Origin: Takakia lepidozioides | Lineage: Eukaryota > Plantae > Bryophyta | NCBI GenBank assembly: GCA_030704615.1 | Contig: CM060734.1 | Coordinates: forward strand, 44,640,001 to 44,704,000 | Direction of reading: 5' to 3' | Length of the DNA: 64,000 nt | Shown here: one piece after another, positions 38,329-52,600 of the stretch | Layout of the letters: each line of letters begins with the position of its first letter | Numbering within the stretch: the stretch's first letter is position 1 | The notes under the pieces: generated by a model | Seen by the model: the letters and a program-made list of their open reading frames with translations, nothing else | Told to the model about the DNA's origin: nothing | The model's database searches: none | Made by a program: the position numbers and the translations under genes

Positions 38329-41300
38329 TCAATCAGAATTGAATTGGGGGGTAACAGGTGGCATTGATGGCAATGCCGGTAATGCCTGGAGGATGAACTT
38401 TCGCCCACTCCTTAGACCAGGGGATGCTCCAAGCATGTTACCACTCCCCAACCTCTGTGGCCCCCTGTCTCTGGAACCCCCATAGTGAGGTGGCGTCACT
38501 CGCTTCTGCTTTGGTGAGCTAGTTTTGGTGATAGAGTTTGGGCGTGGGGAGTTCATGTCTTCAGAATACTTCAGAAAATCAGGTGTTTCGTCATCCTCTG
38601 TCCCTGGGTTCAGTGATTCCAGGTCAGATCCACCCCCTTGTGAATGCTTTCCTTCAGAGGACAGATCACACTGAGATGACTGGAAGGAGGGTGTGGAAGG
38701 AGTGGGGTGATTTTGGTTAGATGTGGAATGCGGGTGGCCGGGGTTTTGAAAATGAAGTGGAGAACGGGGAGCCGGCTGCCGAAATCTCGGCGGGGAGCCC
38801 CCCATCAACCTGCCAGAGACATGATGATGTCCACTGGCCAATGATGATCCATAGGGCGGATCAATGAGCTGTCTGCTGAAGGACGGAGAGGCCCCTGCCC
38901 GCTCCATCGTTCCCATTGATGCTGGTGTAGGCCGTAATGGAGCCTGTGGCAAGGGGGTGAGGGTGCAAATGTCCCCGAGGCCATCCCACCTAGGAGATAG
39001 ATGGCCAATCCTTGTGAAATTTGGAGTAGTTGTGGGTGACTCACCTCCACCATTCGTGGAGAGATTCAGGTCGCCTTGGGAGTAAGAAAGAAACTGGGGG
39101 AGCCAGGCAGGGGACTTGGATGGAGCCTGCTGGGAGAGGGGAGAAGCACAAAGGTCGTCAGATGTCCCTCGCTTCTTACCAGAGGACCTCAGCCGCACAG
39201 TTGATCGCCCCTGGCTGCACAGTACAGACAGAAATTAGGGTACAGATTAAATTAAGAAATGAAATGAAAGCAAGAAAGAAAAAGCAAGCTTTTGGGATAA
39301 CAGAAGACAGGATACAAGAAAGAGGAGACTTTCTTCAGTCCACAGGGGTCATAAGAATTTCAGTGGGTCCCAGATGACTCATTCCAGATCTCTGTTGGGC
39401 AGCTCAACTGGCCAATGGCAGAACAGAAAGGCGTCCCTGCAACTTCTACCTTTCATTTGAAACAGGCAGAAGGGATGGATCCTCTAGCAAACCCTTGTTT
39501 TGAGCAGAAATTTGAGTTGGAAAATGAAATTTGATGATGGCTAATTTGAGATGACTGTAGACTATTGTAACTTTGATCAGAAAAAGCCACAAAACATGGG
39601 GAAAACGAAAAACTGTAAAGATTGGATTTCCTTGCAATCAAGAAAACAACTATTAATTTTTGCTCAAACGACATCAAGTGAAAATTCTTGGTGTATATAT
39701 GTAGTCTACGACAGGGGAGGGTAGTGCATACCCATCGTACTGGAATGATGGAGTGATTGGGGACAGGTCTTTGCTGGCACTGGAGCGTAACCGACTGGAC
39801 CTGGCACTCATTTTATTCAGCAACTCTAGGGGATCGTCCAACTGAGATTCTTCCTTGGCGCTGTTGGACTGCTCCCCCTCTTTCTCTTCTTCTTCAGGGC
39901 CTGCTTGATATTCACAACGTCGTTGTCTCAATCTTAGATAAATAAAACTTATGTGGTCTCCAACAGATCCTTGAAATAGACAACAGAGAGGACATACCTT
40001 CTTTTCTGCCATACATATTCTTGCAGCCTTCACACCGACATCCATCTGAGCAGCCTACGCCAGCCTGATGAACCCAAACACCAATTTAATTGTCAACTAC
40101 AAAATGTAGCACAATCATCGAAAGACATGGGTGGGGCCCTCCACAAGCAGCCGCAAAACAACTATTGATCAAGGGATTGTCTAAGAGTCGACGCCTCATG
40201 CAGATATGCTGCTAAGTATTTCTGATCCTCTTAATGGAACACCATTGGCTATCTTGGAATAGACAATAGTATCTCCAGCGGTTCTCGTAGTAGAAAGGAT
40301 ACTGAAAGACGAATTGTTCTTCATTTTTTATTTCCCTGCTGTTATCCCTGGCTCAATCTGGGCACAGGCGGTGTGCATCCTGCAAGTTTTCCTACCTACC
40401 AGAAAAAAAGAAAGGGAGGGAGGGAGAGAGAAGGGAGAAGAGGGAACATCTACCTGATAGCACTCACAATACTTCTTAAGGCAAAGGGATTTTTTGCAAT
40501 TGCACCCTCGTTTGTGTCTAGCTGAGGCTGGCGTATCCAAACACTCATCCTGCAGAATTCACCACGTGAAGACCCATTAAGTTTCCATCATGCACATGAG
40601 AAATATCATCTATGAGTAAGAAGTATGCCACAGCCTAGCTGGCTTAAGGCAGTAGGAGGCTTACCCCTGGTGTCGGAGAGGTCTCTGTAGCCTGTACAAT
40701 TTTAGGAGCAAATGCAAGTGGGTTGCGAGACTCAATCTGTTGTCGGGTATTGAGCACAGTCTCCTCATATTCAGGCTTGTTGAAGCAATCGCGACATGTA
40801 CAAGAGCCCACACAGTACACTCCTGCAGCAAAACACTCACAATATCTGTCCAACAAGAACACATTAGTGAAGGAGAACTGAAATGAAATGATGTTCTACA
40901 ACGTCCAGAAGAAAGAACTTGATTACATCAAATACCCAGAGGAACCAAGGGACAGAGCAGTAGGACCAGTTTGGAAATTTGAAGAAATTTATTACATCCA
41001 GCGCAGTCACAAGGGGCCAATGGGACACTAGAACAACACAGGATAGAGGGAGAGAGAGAAGTAATGAAAGAAACACTGATACTTTATAATTCACGGAAAG
41101 CTGAAAGAGCATATGGAAGAAAAGAAAGTAAGAAACAAGGAAAAATGTGTAGTCGTAAATGAAAGAAACTGTAGATTTAGACAAAGACATAAACCTTACA
41201 GAGTCACCGGGAAGCTGAAAGAGCTTATGGGAGAAAGAGAAGTAAAGACAATGACCAGAACAGTGGGCATCCAACAACCGGCTGCCACGAAAGAAAATGA

Positions 41301-44300
41301 TGGAGAGATTTGGACTGCACAGGGTGTGAAACTCAGCCCAAGTGGTCACATTGTTCTTTGCACCGATATCAGAATTTCGGTTCCGAGGATATGGCTTGCT
41401 GCTGTTTTATTCAGCATTGTTCACGATGTCGTCTACCTTGTCAGAGGTGACACTTTGGCTGCTTACCCGGTCAATTCACTGTAGTAAAGAAAGGGACCAC
41501 TTTCTAGCAGAGGTACGAAGCTGGTTATGGGAATAGCATGGACATGATGGATAGGTGGGAGGGAGAGACCAATAGAGAGAGAGATTGTACTCATAAGATG
41601 TTGTTTGCCGTAGCCTTGTGGCCATTGACCCCGCGCCCAGTTTGAGCGGGAACAAAAGGGACAGAACCTACCTCTGTCAGGGGCTGAGGTTGGTAGTAAG
41701 ACTTACCTCCACATAAAGAATTAATCCGGGTTTTCCAGATACCCTCTAGAAATCCCTTCACACAAGCATCAATCTGCTGTGTGTGATTTGCCCAAAAACT
41801 AGGCCTCAGGAGGGCCTGGGCTTTTGGCTCAGCCTCGAGACTTTCAAAGTTGGTAAACAGGGGTACAGGCACAATTCCCTTAATAGATTTGAAGAGAGCG
41901 TCTCTTTGGTGAGAGAACCCCGGACAGTGTATCAGAAAATGAATACTGTCTTCAGATTGCCCACACAACGGGCAATTGCACTCTCCCTTTCCTCTCTGCT
42001 TCTGTTTGCTGTTCAAAGGTAGGCTTCCTGCCCTGAGTTTAAATTTCAGTCTAGTGCCGAGAGGGTAGACCCTTGAGGTCATCCAAGATGTCCTCCCCCA
42101 TGTCACAGACTGGAAACAAGTTCAGGGAAGTTTTCTGCCTAACTTCATTTTCATCAGACAATCTCATGGCAACAGACATGGCTGAGGACACTACAGCCTC
42201 TAAGTCAGATTTATCCAGCAGGGTCAAGACTTGCGGATCCAGGTCCAGGTCTTTGAGGATCTCTTCTACTCTCTTCTGCCAGGACTTAGCCTGTTTGACA
42301 GGGCGGTCCTGTTTCCAAGATATAGAGTCGATTAATTTAGGATATCTGGTGTTGGGCATATGTTGCAGCTGACCCCACCATCTGACCTTGAATTCATCTC
42401 TGTCGGGAGCTTAAGGACGGAATGCCAAACTCACCCCGAACAGCCACATTGGCTGTTTTGGAGCATGCTGACATACACTCCTTAAGCACCCCCAGAATGG
42501 ATTCTAGAGACTTAGCCTGGTTGGAGTTATCAACCCAGGAGTTGATTGATGAAAACATTGAAGAGTAGAGGGGAGAGAGTACATCCTTGAGCTACACCTT
42601 GGTCTATGTCAAAGAAGTTGGACTTCTGTCCGTTAACAGTGACACAGCTTTTGGTGTGAGCATACAAGTTGTGGACAACTCTCCACATCTTTCCCTTGAT
42701 CCCACAAGACCAGAGGCGGAACCATAGGCCATCTCTCCACACTGTGTCATAAGCCTTTTTGACATCCAGGAAAAAGACATAAGTGGGTTTCCCTTCTTTC
42801 TTCCTTCCCTGGATAATCTGGCTTAGAGTGAAGATATGATCCACACAGCCCCTGTTTCGCCGAAAGCCAGCTTGGCCTTCGTGGAAACAACCTCTAGACT
42901 CCAGATCAACCTCGAGACGAGTACTTATAACTCTGCAGAATGTCTTGTAACAGCATTGAGGAGTGTGATGCCACGGTAGTTCCTCTGTCACCCTTCTTGT
43001 ATAGATTGACAATGACCCCCTGTCGCCAGCGAAAGGGGATCATTTCAGTCTTCCAGATAAGGTTAAAGAGGAGAACTAGGGCCTCTATCATGGGATCGCC
43101 ACTGTGCTTGATAAGCTCGTTGACAATACCATCAGGTCCACCAGCTTTATATCCATTTAAATGTTCAATTGCTTCCACAATCTCAGAAGCACTAATGGGA
43201 GCATTATAAGCCATTGAAATATACTCCAGTTCATCAGGGCTGTTTTGAATCATAGGAACAGTTTTTCCAACTGTGTCCCTCCATTCAGCAGAAGACCCCT
43301 CACTGTTAGACCTAGAAGTTCTGCCAAGGATACTGTAGTGAGTTTCAAAGGTTTTGACAATGCCAACCGATGAAGTCACCACTGCACCTTTAGTAGTCTT
43401 CAGCGCTTGTACTTGCTGACCGTTTTTCGGCTTGTACAAACGTTGATGGGCCAACCAGAATTTCTTGTCATTACCACCATGGTGGTTTGAGTTTATTTCA
43501 CTGTATAACTTGTCCCAGTATAATTTCTTCTGAGACCTAACAAGCTGATTGATATCTTTACGGAGCTGGTAGTACCTCGCCCACAATTCTCTGTTGGTTT
43601 CCAAATTGCAGCACTCTTTATAGAGGGCTCGTCTCTCAGCTATCTTGAGTTTAATCTCATTAGTCCACCAATTAACTGCTCTACCGCAGACAATTAGTTT
43701 CCTCCCAATGATCTTGTCAGCCACGGAGGAAACGAAACTCTTCCAAGAGTCCACTGCTCTTTCGACTTCATTTCTTGCGTTAACAGAGCGTGACTAAAGT
43801 TCTTGGAGCGATTGGACAAAATGAGGGAGAGCCTCTTGCAAGGCCTGGACGTACTCAGCCTTGACCTCCTCATTGTGGAATTTTTCTATGCGCCACTTCC
43901 GAATCGAACGTTTCACAGATCTCTTGGTGGTGGGAAAACACCTTTTGATCTCAGTCCAAACCAGGAAGTGGTCAGAGGTACCAATATCAGTTCTGTCGAT
44001 CAACACATTGGCACACTGGGGGAACAAAATTTTGTCCATTATGATATAGTCCACAATGGAACGTTCCCCAGTTTGGGATTTCTCACGAGTCCACTGCACT
44101 TGGTCACCTCTTGTCCTGTTATTCAAGGTCAAAAGCTGAAGCTCTTCTAGACAGTTAATTAACCGTCTGCCATTAGAATTCAGCTCCTCCTCACCAAAAG
44201 GTCCAATGATATCGTCCTGATGGATCCCTTTGCCAACCCGGGCATTGAAGTATAGAGAGAGAGACAGTATCAAAGGATTGTTGTCTACACATCACTCTTG

Positions 44301-47300
44301 ACAGAGGGAGAAAATGGAAAAAGAGACAGGATCTGTGTACCATCCAGGATAAGCCCGAAAAGCTTCTGGGACAAAAGCACATAACACTATAGATAATTGG
44401 TCACTGTTGTCACTGATCCGAGATCAACTGCAAGCACTTAGTGTGGTGGCTGAAACATTTGATCTAGCCAGACCTTGACTTCATTGCCTGTCCTAGGCCA
44501 AATAGGTCCTGAACAAGTACTTTCAGATGATTTGATGGCAAATTTTCCCATTACCTGGTCAATACATAGTCTGAAATATGCTGGTACACATTCTGTGGAG
44601 AAGAATCCCCACTGCAAATAACCATCTTTCTGATCTCTTGGCAGGCAAGTTGATAGAACCAAACAACAAAACAACATCTTCATGCGACAATTAGTGATGC
44701 AGTGTTGCAAACTTACAATTTGAGGCATTTGGATTTCTTGCAGTTGCAGCGCTTGCAGCCTTCTCCAGACTTATCTCCTGTTGCAGGAGTTGATTTGCGT
44801 CTGTGTGATGGCACCAAGACCATCATTATTGCATGCCCTCAACTGGATACAACTAGGATGATGCTTTCCATGAGATAATATTATAACACAAATGGGTGGT
44901 CAACTCTTCTAAGGATCTCGGAAGACTAGCATGTACCTTCAAGGGCAAGATAAGTTGGGTAGTGTGTCATGCACACTATCAGGGATTCCCAGCATTTCTT
45001 GCACACTTGTCAATCAGATCCATATGCTCTTTCAGAACACACAGAAGGGCTCACAACTTGTGCTGTGCTCACCTCTTTTTCTTTGGGCTCTGAGGACTCT
45101 CATAGATTTCCTTGGGAGATTCTCCCTCTGGTTGTTGTGAAAACTCCTGTTGCTGCATCTGCATTCTTTTTTGCCCATTTGGGCTTCCTCGTCTTGCCAT
45201 TCCATCCCCACTCAATGCCAAGATACCCCCTTCCAATGGTCGCATACCCTCCATTGCTAAAGACCGGAAACCTGGGGTGAGAGGTTTCACATCAATACTA
45301 CCCAGCACACCATCTGCAACTTGTTGCTCCATTTGGTTCCTCCTCTCCAACAGAGAAGTTACCCCAGGACCAAAGCTAGAACTTGGTAGTACTGGAAGCC
45401 CTCCACCTCCCATGCTCAATCCCAGGACTGGTTTTCCGTACCCATCACTTGACGGGACATCCTTAGGACTCTCAGAAGCCAATGGCTGGATCCCCAACAG
45501 TGAAGCAACCATTCCTTTAGAGCCAGATCCCATCGTCCCTCCCATGCTGGGTGAGGAGTAACTCATTGAGGCTTGAGAGAAGGACAAGCTGCCAGAGAGG
45601 CTGTTAAGGTGGAGCCCAATGCCAGAAGGAATTATAGGGGGGTTACATGCGTGGTTTCCAGGGGGCTGAAAAATCGGGTTGCCTGCTGAATGGTGTCCAA
45701 GGTCTCGATTTAAGCGTATTAGCATCTCAGAAGTGCCATCTCCTGATGATGAAGGCTCCACGACTTTCTGAAAGGAACAGCGAGAGAGCTGCATTATACT
45801 GGAGAGGCTTCCAGCATTACTTCCAGAAGAATCACCTGTTCCTGCATCATTAAGCTGAACCTGTGAGCTATACCACTCATTTTGTCAAGCATCTTCCCGC
45901 AGGCCTCCTGCTTGAAAAAGTAAGACAGTGCTTAGGACAAGCATGCTATGATTGGGAACATGTGTAGCCACGAGTAGTGCAACCTTAAAAGCTGACTGGG
46001 AAAACAAACAACCAAAATCCCAATAAAAGCCGCATGAAGCCATTGTGGGGACATGGCATTTACCCCCAGCAGGTCTGCCACCAGAATTGGAATCTGCTCT
46101 GAAGGATCCATTCACATTAGTATCATTTCCTGGTCCTGGCAGTCCACTTGTAGTCGCAACTGATGTTGCAGCTGCTCTGTCACAAAGCTCTGATGAAGGG
46201 AGGTCACTGTTCACAGCCACTGTAGGAGGGTTTCCAACACCAGCTCTTAGCCTGCCACCAAGCGATTTCCTGGCACCGTTACCACCCATACTCTTCCTCC
46301 GTGCCCCAGAAGCCTCAAAATCAAGGCATCGTCTGCGGATCCCACGTTGTCCTATGGTCTCTGCCTGCAGACAAAGACATCGTCTATTAAAAACTTAAGG
46401 ACTTTAAATGAAAAACACTGAAGACGAGATAACACATTCCTGCTCTTAAGCAAAATCTCAAACACTGCACAAAAAAGACGTCAAATGACTTACCCTGCCA
46501 CCATGCAAGGGGCGATGTTCTTCAGCATCATCGGTTGAATGTTCAGCAGCCAAACCAGGCCTCTCCTCCTGAGCGGAGTCTGAAGCCAACTTAGATGAAC
46601 TTGCGTCAAGACCATGCCCTTTGTTGTCAACATCCTCATGTGTAAGTGTCATTTGATTAGCTGGGTATCCAGATGTCCGACGTAGTGGTAACCTTGAAAC
46701 CACCGCTTCTGCCAAATCTTCTGACCATTCCCCCTCATCATCTCCCTCCCCATCCTCATCATCTCCATTACCAGCCAAGAGGAAAGCCATAGCCTTTGTT
46801 TCCTGATCGAGTACATCCTCCCCCTCACTTTTCATATCCGAGGCCATGAAATCTTGATCATGAGAACCTAAGGGTCTGGAAAGCCTTCTCTGATCCTCTT
46901 CATTTCTCGTCTCACAGCCATCTGTAAATTTCAACACGGAATCAACCATCTGCATCATCATGTCTGGAGAGATCGAACCTACAACACTGCTCCCAGGCAA
47001 GGCCTCGCACATCCTCTCTCCACCTGGTTGTTCCTGGCTGGACTCTCCACCTTTTTCAGGCTCACAAGGACCGTCCAGAGTTTGTTGGACCATTTCGTGG
47101 TCCTGGGAAACCTGAGATGAGCAATTCTCATCAGCATTCGTAGTACCCAACTTCTGTAAGGATGAATCTGGGTTTGTTTGAGTGGAGGACAAGACACATG
47201 ATCCTTCTTCATCAATTGTGTCACCCAAGTGAAGTGCAATATCTGGCTCTTTGAGCTTACAAGGTGTGGCTCTGCCTGACTCCAAAAGAGCAGCCTCCTC

Positions 47301-48717
47301 TGAGTCTATCCCTTTCGGGGAAGAGGGGTCAACATGGCCAACCTGCACAGAGGGGTTGCCAGGGGGAGAGGTTGCACCAGGTGTTGCAGTCAAAGCCAGG
47401 TCTAAGTTTTTTGACGTATAAGGCTGGTGTTCTTTCTCAATCCATGGGCCTCTGAGGATTTCAGGATCTTCTGCTGTACATTCAAGAGCTGATACCCTGT
47501 CAGTGTCCAAGTCTCTGCATTCAACACATCCAGACAGTGTGCCATCATACGTCTCAGATCTTCATTCTCTGACTTACAAAAGTAAACCTTCATCTAAGAT
47601 CCATTTCAGGGACATCAGAATCACTTCAGGTTTAAGATGTCTTTTGATGACAGTGATTGAGCAGGGCTCTGATATGAACGAAATTTAAAACTACAGACTC
47701 TGTAAGTTTCAATTAAAAGCCATTGTTAGTAGCTGTATGATGGCCCCAGGTCCCAGTCGCTCCGTGCTCTTTGTGGCCAAGGACCCTTGAAGATCAAGAC
47801 CAGAAAGGATCTGGCTGTTGGGTAGAAAAAGTGTCCTACAAACTTTAGTCCACAAAAGACATCATCAAATGAGCATGAACGCGTAAGTGCATCTCGCTCA
47901 GTTCCCAAACTAAACGTATCCCAGCAATCGAATTCCGGCTCACAATGCAGTCAGGATCTACGAAACAACAGGCACATGAGCAGAACCAGAAGGATAACCC
48001 CAAACCTAATTGCCCTGTCTAATATACAGACAAAACAACTTACAAAGTAGAAGCCCAGGGCAGGTATTGCGTACCTCTTCTTTGTACCTGACGAAGACCT
48101 TTGTGAACCTCTGGGAGACTCGAATAAGCGGTAGGTAGGCGGGAAGGATAACTCATTGTAGGTTTGTGCCACATGCACAGGCTTTGCAGGCTTGATGGGC
48201 GACAAATTACACAGGTATTTAAATAGTGGAGATTCCTGCACGTCAATCACTTTCAGACTGAAAAACCTATTGCCAGGGCAGGATCTTAGCTGAAACTGGC
48301 CTACTGAAATTGAAGGTACGGTGCGTCATTTGATCTTACAATTCATATAGGCATGTTGGCATATCAAAGTGAAGACGATTACACACTGCAAGAAATAACA
48401 AATGCTGCTGACAGTATACAGCAACCCTACTTCATTTGCGAGCGAGTCATGCAGCCTGAGCCCACAGATTGATTGAGTTCATCAAACAACAAGACCACAT
48501 CAATTATTTTATCCAATTTGCAATAGGATATGCCAACATTGTTTTGCTCTAGAATCTTCGCCCATAACTATTATCCTTCCAGTCTGGTATTGGAGGACGT
48601 CAAGCACATCGATCTCCTGAGTATATGAATGGGAGACGGGCACCAGGGGCTTTGAACAGAGTGACAAACCTGCACATCTGGCGACGAAATCGGCTCGCGT
48701 CTATCAGGGGATCCCAT
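38329..48717 (-). CDS. TSO1: Tesmin/TSO1-like CXC (CPP) domain protein, LIN54-like DREAM-complex subunit
   Basis: GT-AG exons in phase: 48670-48717, 48075-48235, 46494-~47559 (acceptor uncertain), 46064-46364, 45073-45841, 44717-44800, 40665-40845, 40454-40549, 39998-40064, 39732-39900, 38329-39214. Motifs [80 protein letters not shown], and C-terminal [19 protein letters not shown]. The start could be an upstream in-frame ATG (48774). Confidence 0.92.
41585..44251 (-). mobile_element. RTE/RTEX-like LINE (5'-truncated, internally deleted) in TSO1 intron
   Basis: APE endonuclease part (FNARVG..NGRRL..SIVDYI..SDHFLVW), RT ([39 protein letters not shown]) and C-terminal CPLC..HFLIHC. 13-bp TSD ATAGAGAGAGAGA at 41572-41584 and 44252-44264. 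Confidence 0.93.
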
Positions 48718-49523
48718 ATCCCTCATGCCCTCGGCTCCTCTGTTCCTTTCTGCTGCTTTTCTGCCTCCCTTCATCTCTCTCGCCTACCTCTGTGTCGACG
48801 GGAAAATCACAAGTGCTATCTACAGCTCGCATAAGAGCTAATCCTGCATTTACGCTTCATTCCCAGACCTCGCAAACATAGCCTGATGATGCGAGTAATG
48901 CACATTTCCAAATGATCTTTCACGAGCTTCGATTGCTCGGAAAGAGACAGACAGACAGACGAGAGCAGTGAACAAAGTATGTACGCTTGGTTTCTCTTCA
49001 AAAGCGGGATGAACATGGAACGAGATGACTAACCAGACACGACAAAGAAAGCCCGATAAGCATGCAATGCACATTACCAAGACTTCGCCAAGAACTTCAA
49101 ATTACTCCAACGAAGGTATAGTGAGAGAGACAGAGCGGCACAGTTTGCGCCAATGCAAGACCAAACCGCAATGTCCACAAGTCCACATATTTCCTATACG
49201 TCTTCCAAGAGATTTGATCCCCGGACGCAAGAGAGCGAGATAGAGGCAGTAGATCGATCTGTTTTCTTCCAATACCAATCTACGGACATCACTTTAACCA
49301 TGGAAGCTCACAACCTTCCGACAGCTTTTCATAGCCTTTTATGCTCCACAAAGAGAGAGAGCGAGAGAGAGATTATGTGTGTGTTCCCGAGCAATGAGTA
49401 AGTATACACTTCAATCTTTCAACAACTGCTCATGCAAAGCGATACAGATACGGATTTCCAAGTGCTTTTCCGCGCCTCGATTACTTGGCCGGAAGGAGAG
49501 ATACAGACAACCAGCGAGGGAGA

Positions 49524-49675
49524 GCGGGAAAGAAGCGAGAGCGGGAAAGAAGAGAGAGAGAGAGAGAGAGAGAGAGGGATTGAGAGGGGGTTCCCTGGCG
49601 GGCAGGGAGGGGTGGCAGGGTGTCAGGCAGGCAGCGAGGGAGATGACCGAGTTTGGACGAGGCAGGCGCGGGAAA
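49524..49675 (-). promoter_or_regulatory. Three E2F consensus sites (TTTCCCGC) around a (GA)n tract in the TSO1 5' region
   Basis: GCGGGAAA at 49524, 49541 and 49668. G-box CACGTG at ~49724. Confidence 0.5.
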
Positions 49676-52600
49676 CCCACGCTGCCCCCTCGCCTCATAT
49701 TCTTGCTGCCCGCCGTGCCCGGCCACGTGGTTTCTTCCCACTTGCGCGCCGGGAACGCGCTGGGAACGAGGTTCTACACATGGTACAAGAATGTTCTTGG
49801 ATCCAATATAATAAGCAATATTCATTAAAAGCAGTGGATGAAGTTTTCGATCGGATGAAAATATCTGTGCGTCACCGCTGGGACACGTGTAAAGCAGCGG
49901 TGAGAGAGGACGTGGAGGCGAGGTGGTGGCGGGAAGCAATAGCAAGGGCCAGTGCCAGCCTGCCACACGCCCCTCATCGTCTCCGATCTTTCCTCCTCCC
50001 ACACTTCTGTGATGTGGCGGATTGCTGAAGCTTTGACTGCTGTTGACGAGCTAACGATAGTTATGGAGTGTGCAGAGATGGGGTCGACCTACGAGAATCG
50101 AGAGGATGAGGAGCAGTTGTTCTGACATTATCGAGCGGGGATGCGAAAGGTTTGTTAATAAGTTAACTGGGGTGCTTTGCGTTATGAATGTTGTGGAGAG
50201 CATATCAGAAGGAAGAGGGTACTTTCTACTTACCTACTGTGACAAACTGTCTTCGTAATCTGCAGACCATGATGCCATCCACATGTGCGATCTCTAGTAC
50301 AACTTTTCTTTATTTCGCACTCTCAATAAAGGCAAAGATTATGTCAAAGCACCTGTTTTGAGGCGAACGGTGAAGCCTTGCAATCCCGGGGGGAGAGTAA
50401 GCTGACCTGCCACCCCAATTATGTAAGAAAAAATTGACGTAAACCGCAGAAGACGAGGTGTCACATTGATGGTCTTATAAAATATGTAGGTGGAGAGTGT
50501 AAACTCTCTACAGTAGTTCTACTGTAACACGGTGAGATATTGTAAATGCACTGCCGTCTACAAGATGGACATGTATGTGTGCTCACGATGGTGGTGGCAG
50601 TTATTGGGAGCAGCCAAAAAGAGAGTATAACAAGAGCCTTTAATGCTGCAGATTCTAATGATTCTTTGACTGTTGGAACTCCCCTCCGCCGCCCCCGTTG
50701 CCTCCTATCGAACACCTAGCTACCGTTTGCCTCAGCTTCCTTTCTCTCATCGCACAAATCGGGAGAGAGCAACGCCGCCGACTTTATACGTGGCCGGCGT
50801 AAGTTAAGCGCTCCACTTCTGGACTGCAATTTACTCCACTAACAAGCCTTCCCTGCTCCTGATCACTTGTACCCCCAGCAGGTACTTCGGTGTTGGTACT
50901 TGTTCGCCCAGATAAAGAGATTTAAACCCGATTTAAAGCAAACGGAAGCTTGGGCTCTTCTCAGTTGAGCATCCAGGTGTCGGGAGCGTGCAGTAATGGA
51001 CAAAGGGCGCAACTACCTACCCAATATTTGCTTTTGCAAACTGACGATCCAGGAACGGAAGTGCTTGGCGCGTTATCTCCAAAATGGCTGTGGTGGATCC
51101 CAAGAAATTGAAGCAGACTCCGAGGGCCTTTTGAATGATCTCCTATTATCACCTCGCACCATTCAATGTAGCCCAAGGCTGTGAGTGATTGATGTCTAGT
51201 GTAGCACTCAACATATGTGGAATGCAGCTTGCAAGTCTCTACGTTATAACATTCAAACCACTGATGATAGCACTTAATCACTTGATAGCCACCAACTTTG
51301 TTATGAACATACGTTACAATGTGGGGAGTGTAGAGTTTACACTCCCTGGATTTATAGCTTTATGGAAGCATCAATGTCCATTCAATTCAATAGTCATTGC
51401 ATACTTTGCTTCCCCTCCACTGTCTCGTATTCCTTTTCCTTTCCCCATTCTACTTTATAGCCTAGTTGATATGTTTCCAACTTAGTGAAGAGTTCACTAC
51501 CCACCAGTCATTGCAATGGAGACAACGTACCACCCATTTTGGACTGGCAACCTTCCACATTCTCTCTCTCAGATCTTATATCACTAAAACTTTCCTACAC
51601 ACTACATTTCTTTGAAGCCCACATCCATTGAGGTGGTCAATAATCTCAATTCTCCCTGTTGGCGGACGTTGTCATCGCCGATCCTATTAGGTCGGATCTC
51701 CTGCCCCGCACAGCCTCATCACAGGGAGTTGCCGCTTCCGTAGCTGCGCAGGGAAAGGAGCACGAGAATATCGGGCACGTCATTCCACATACACATTCCT
51801 TCCTTAGGCACTCGAGATCTTTGGTTGTTTGCATCATCAGTTCAACGAGTTCCTTCACACATGTGCCCATCGTGCAGCAGAAAACAAAAGCCTTGGAAGC
51901 CCATACGCCTATGTTCTTGTAGTTTTCTTTAGACAACGAGTTTATGTTGTTGTGCAAAAGGCTCAAGCTCAATCTATTTTACGTAGGGCCGGCAGAGGTT
52001 GCTGGGGCGGCTTCATCTCACCTCCCAGCACTCTCTCATCCACCCTCTTTCCTGTTGTCTTTCTTTCTGTTAATATATCTAGCTTTACGAGCTTTGATTG
52101 TTTCCTCTAGGGGACAGTTACACCCAATTGTACAGTCACCCCACTTGGGTCTTTTTATAAAGCTATGCAGGATCCCTTTTTGGTTAGCTGTCAGCTCCCA
52201 CCAATGAAGGTTTCTGATTTTACACCCCCCTATTGGGAATGCGCTCTTTCAGCAAGAAACCATGTCCCAGAGACGCTAGAGTAGATGAATGAGTAAACAC
52301 GGACAACTGAGTAACTGGATACAAAAGTGTGATACCTACCGTGAAGACGAAGGGATGGATGGGTTTTTGTACTTACCCGGGGGACACTGCCGCGGGATTC
52401 TCGAGGGAAAAGAGCGTCAAGAAAATCACTGGCACCAATCCTGTCTGTTGGGTTTGCCGACATGTAAGTGCTCACGCAGTCCATTCATACTTCACGAGGC
52501 ACAGTGAGCCAGGGCATCGAGTAGGGACGTTAAGAGGGAGAGGACCTTGCATAGGCCATGCGGCAGGCGTAAGTGATTGTGACTAATTGATACGAGGCGT

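Noticed and set aside
38329-39198. Stand-alone 289-aa ORF or LINE ORF1
   Set aside because: It is the in-phase last exon of the TSO1-like gene, with conserved C-terminal motifs.
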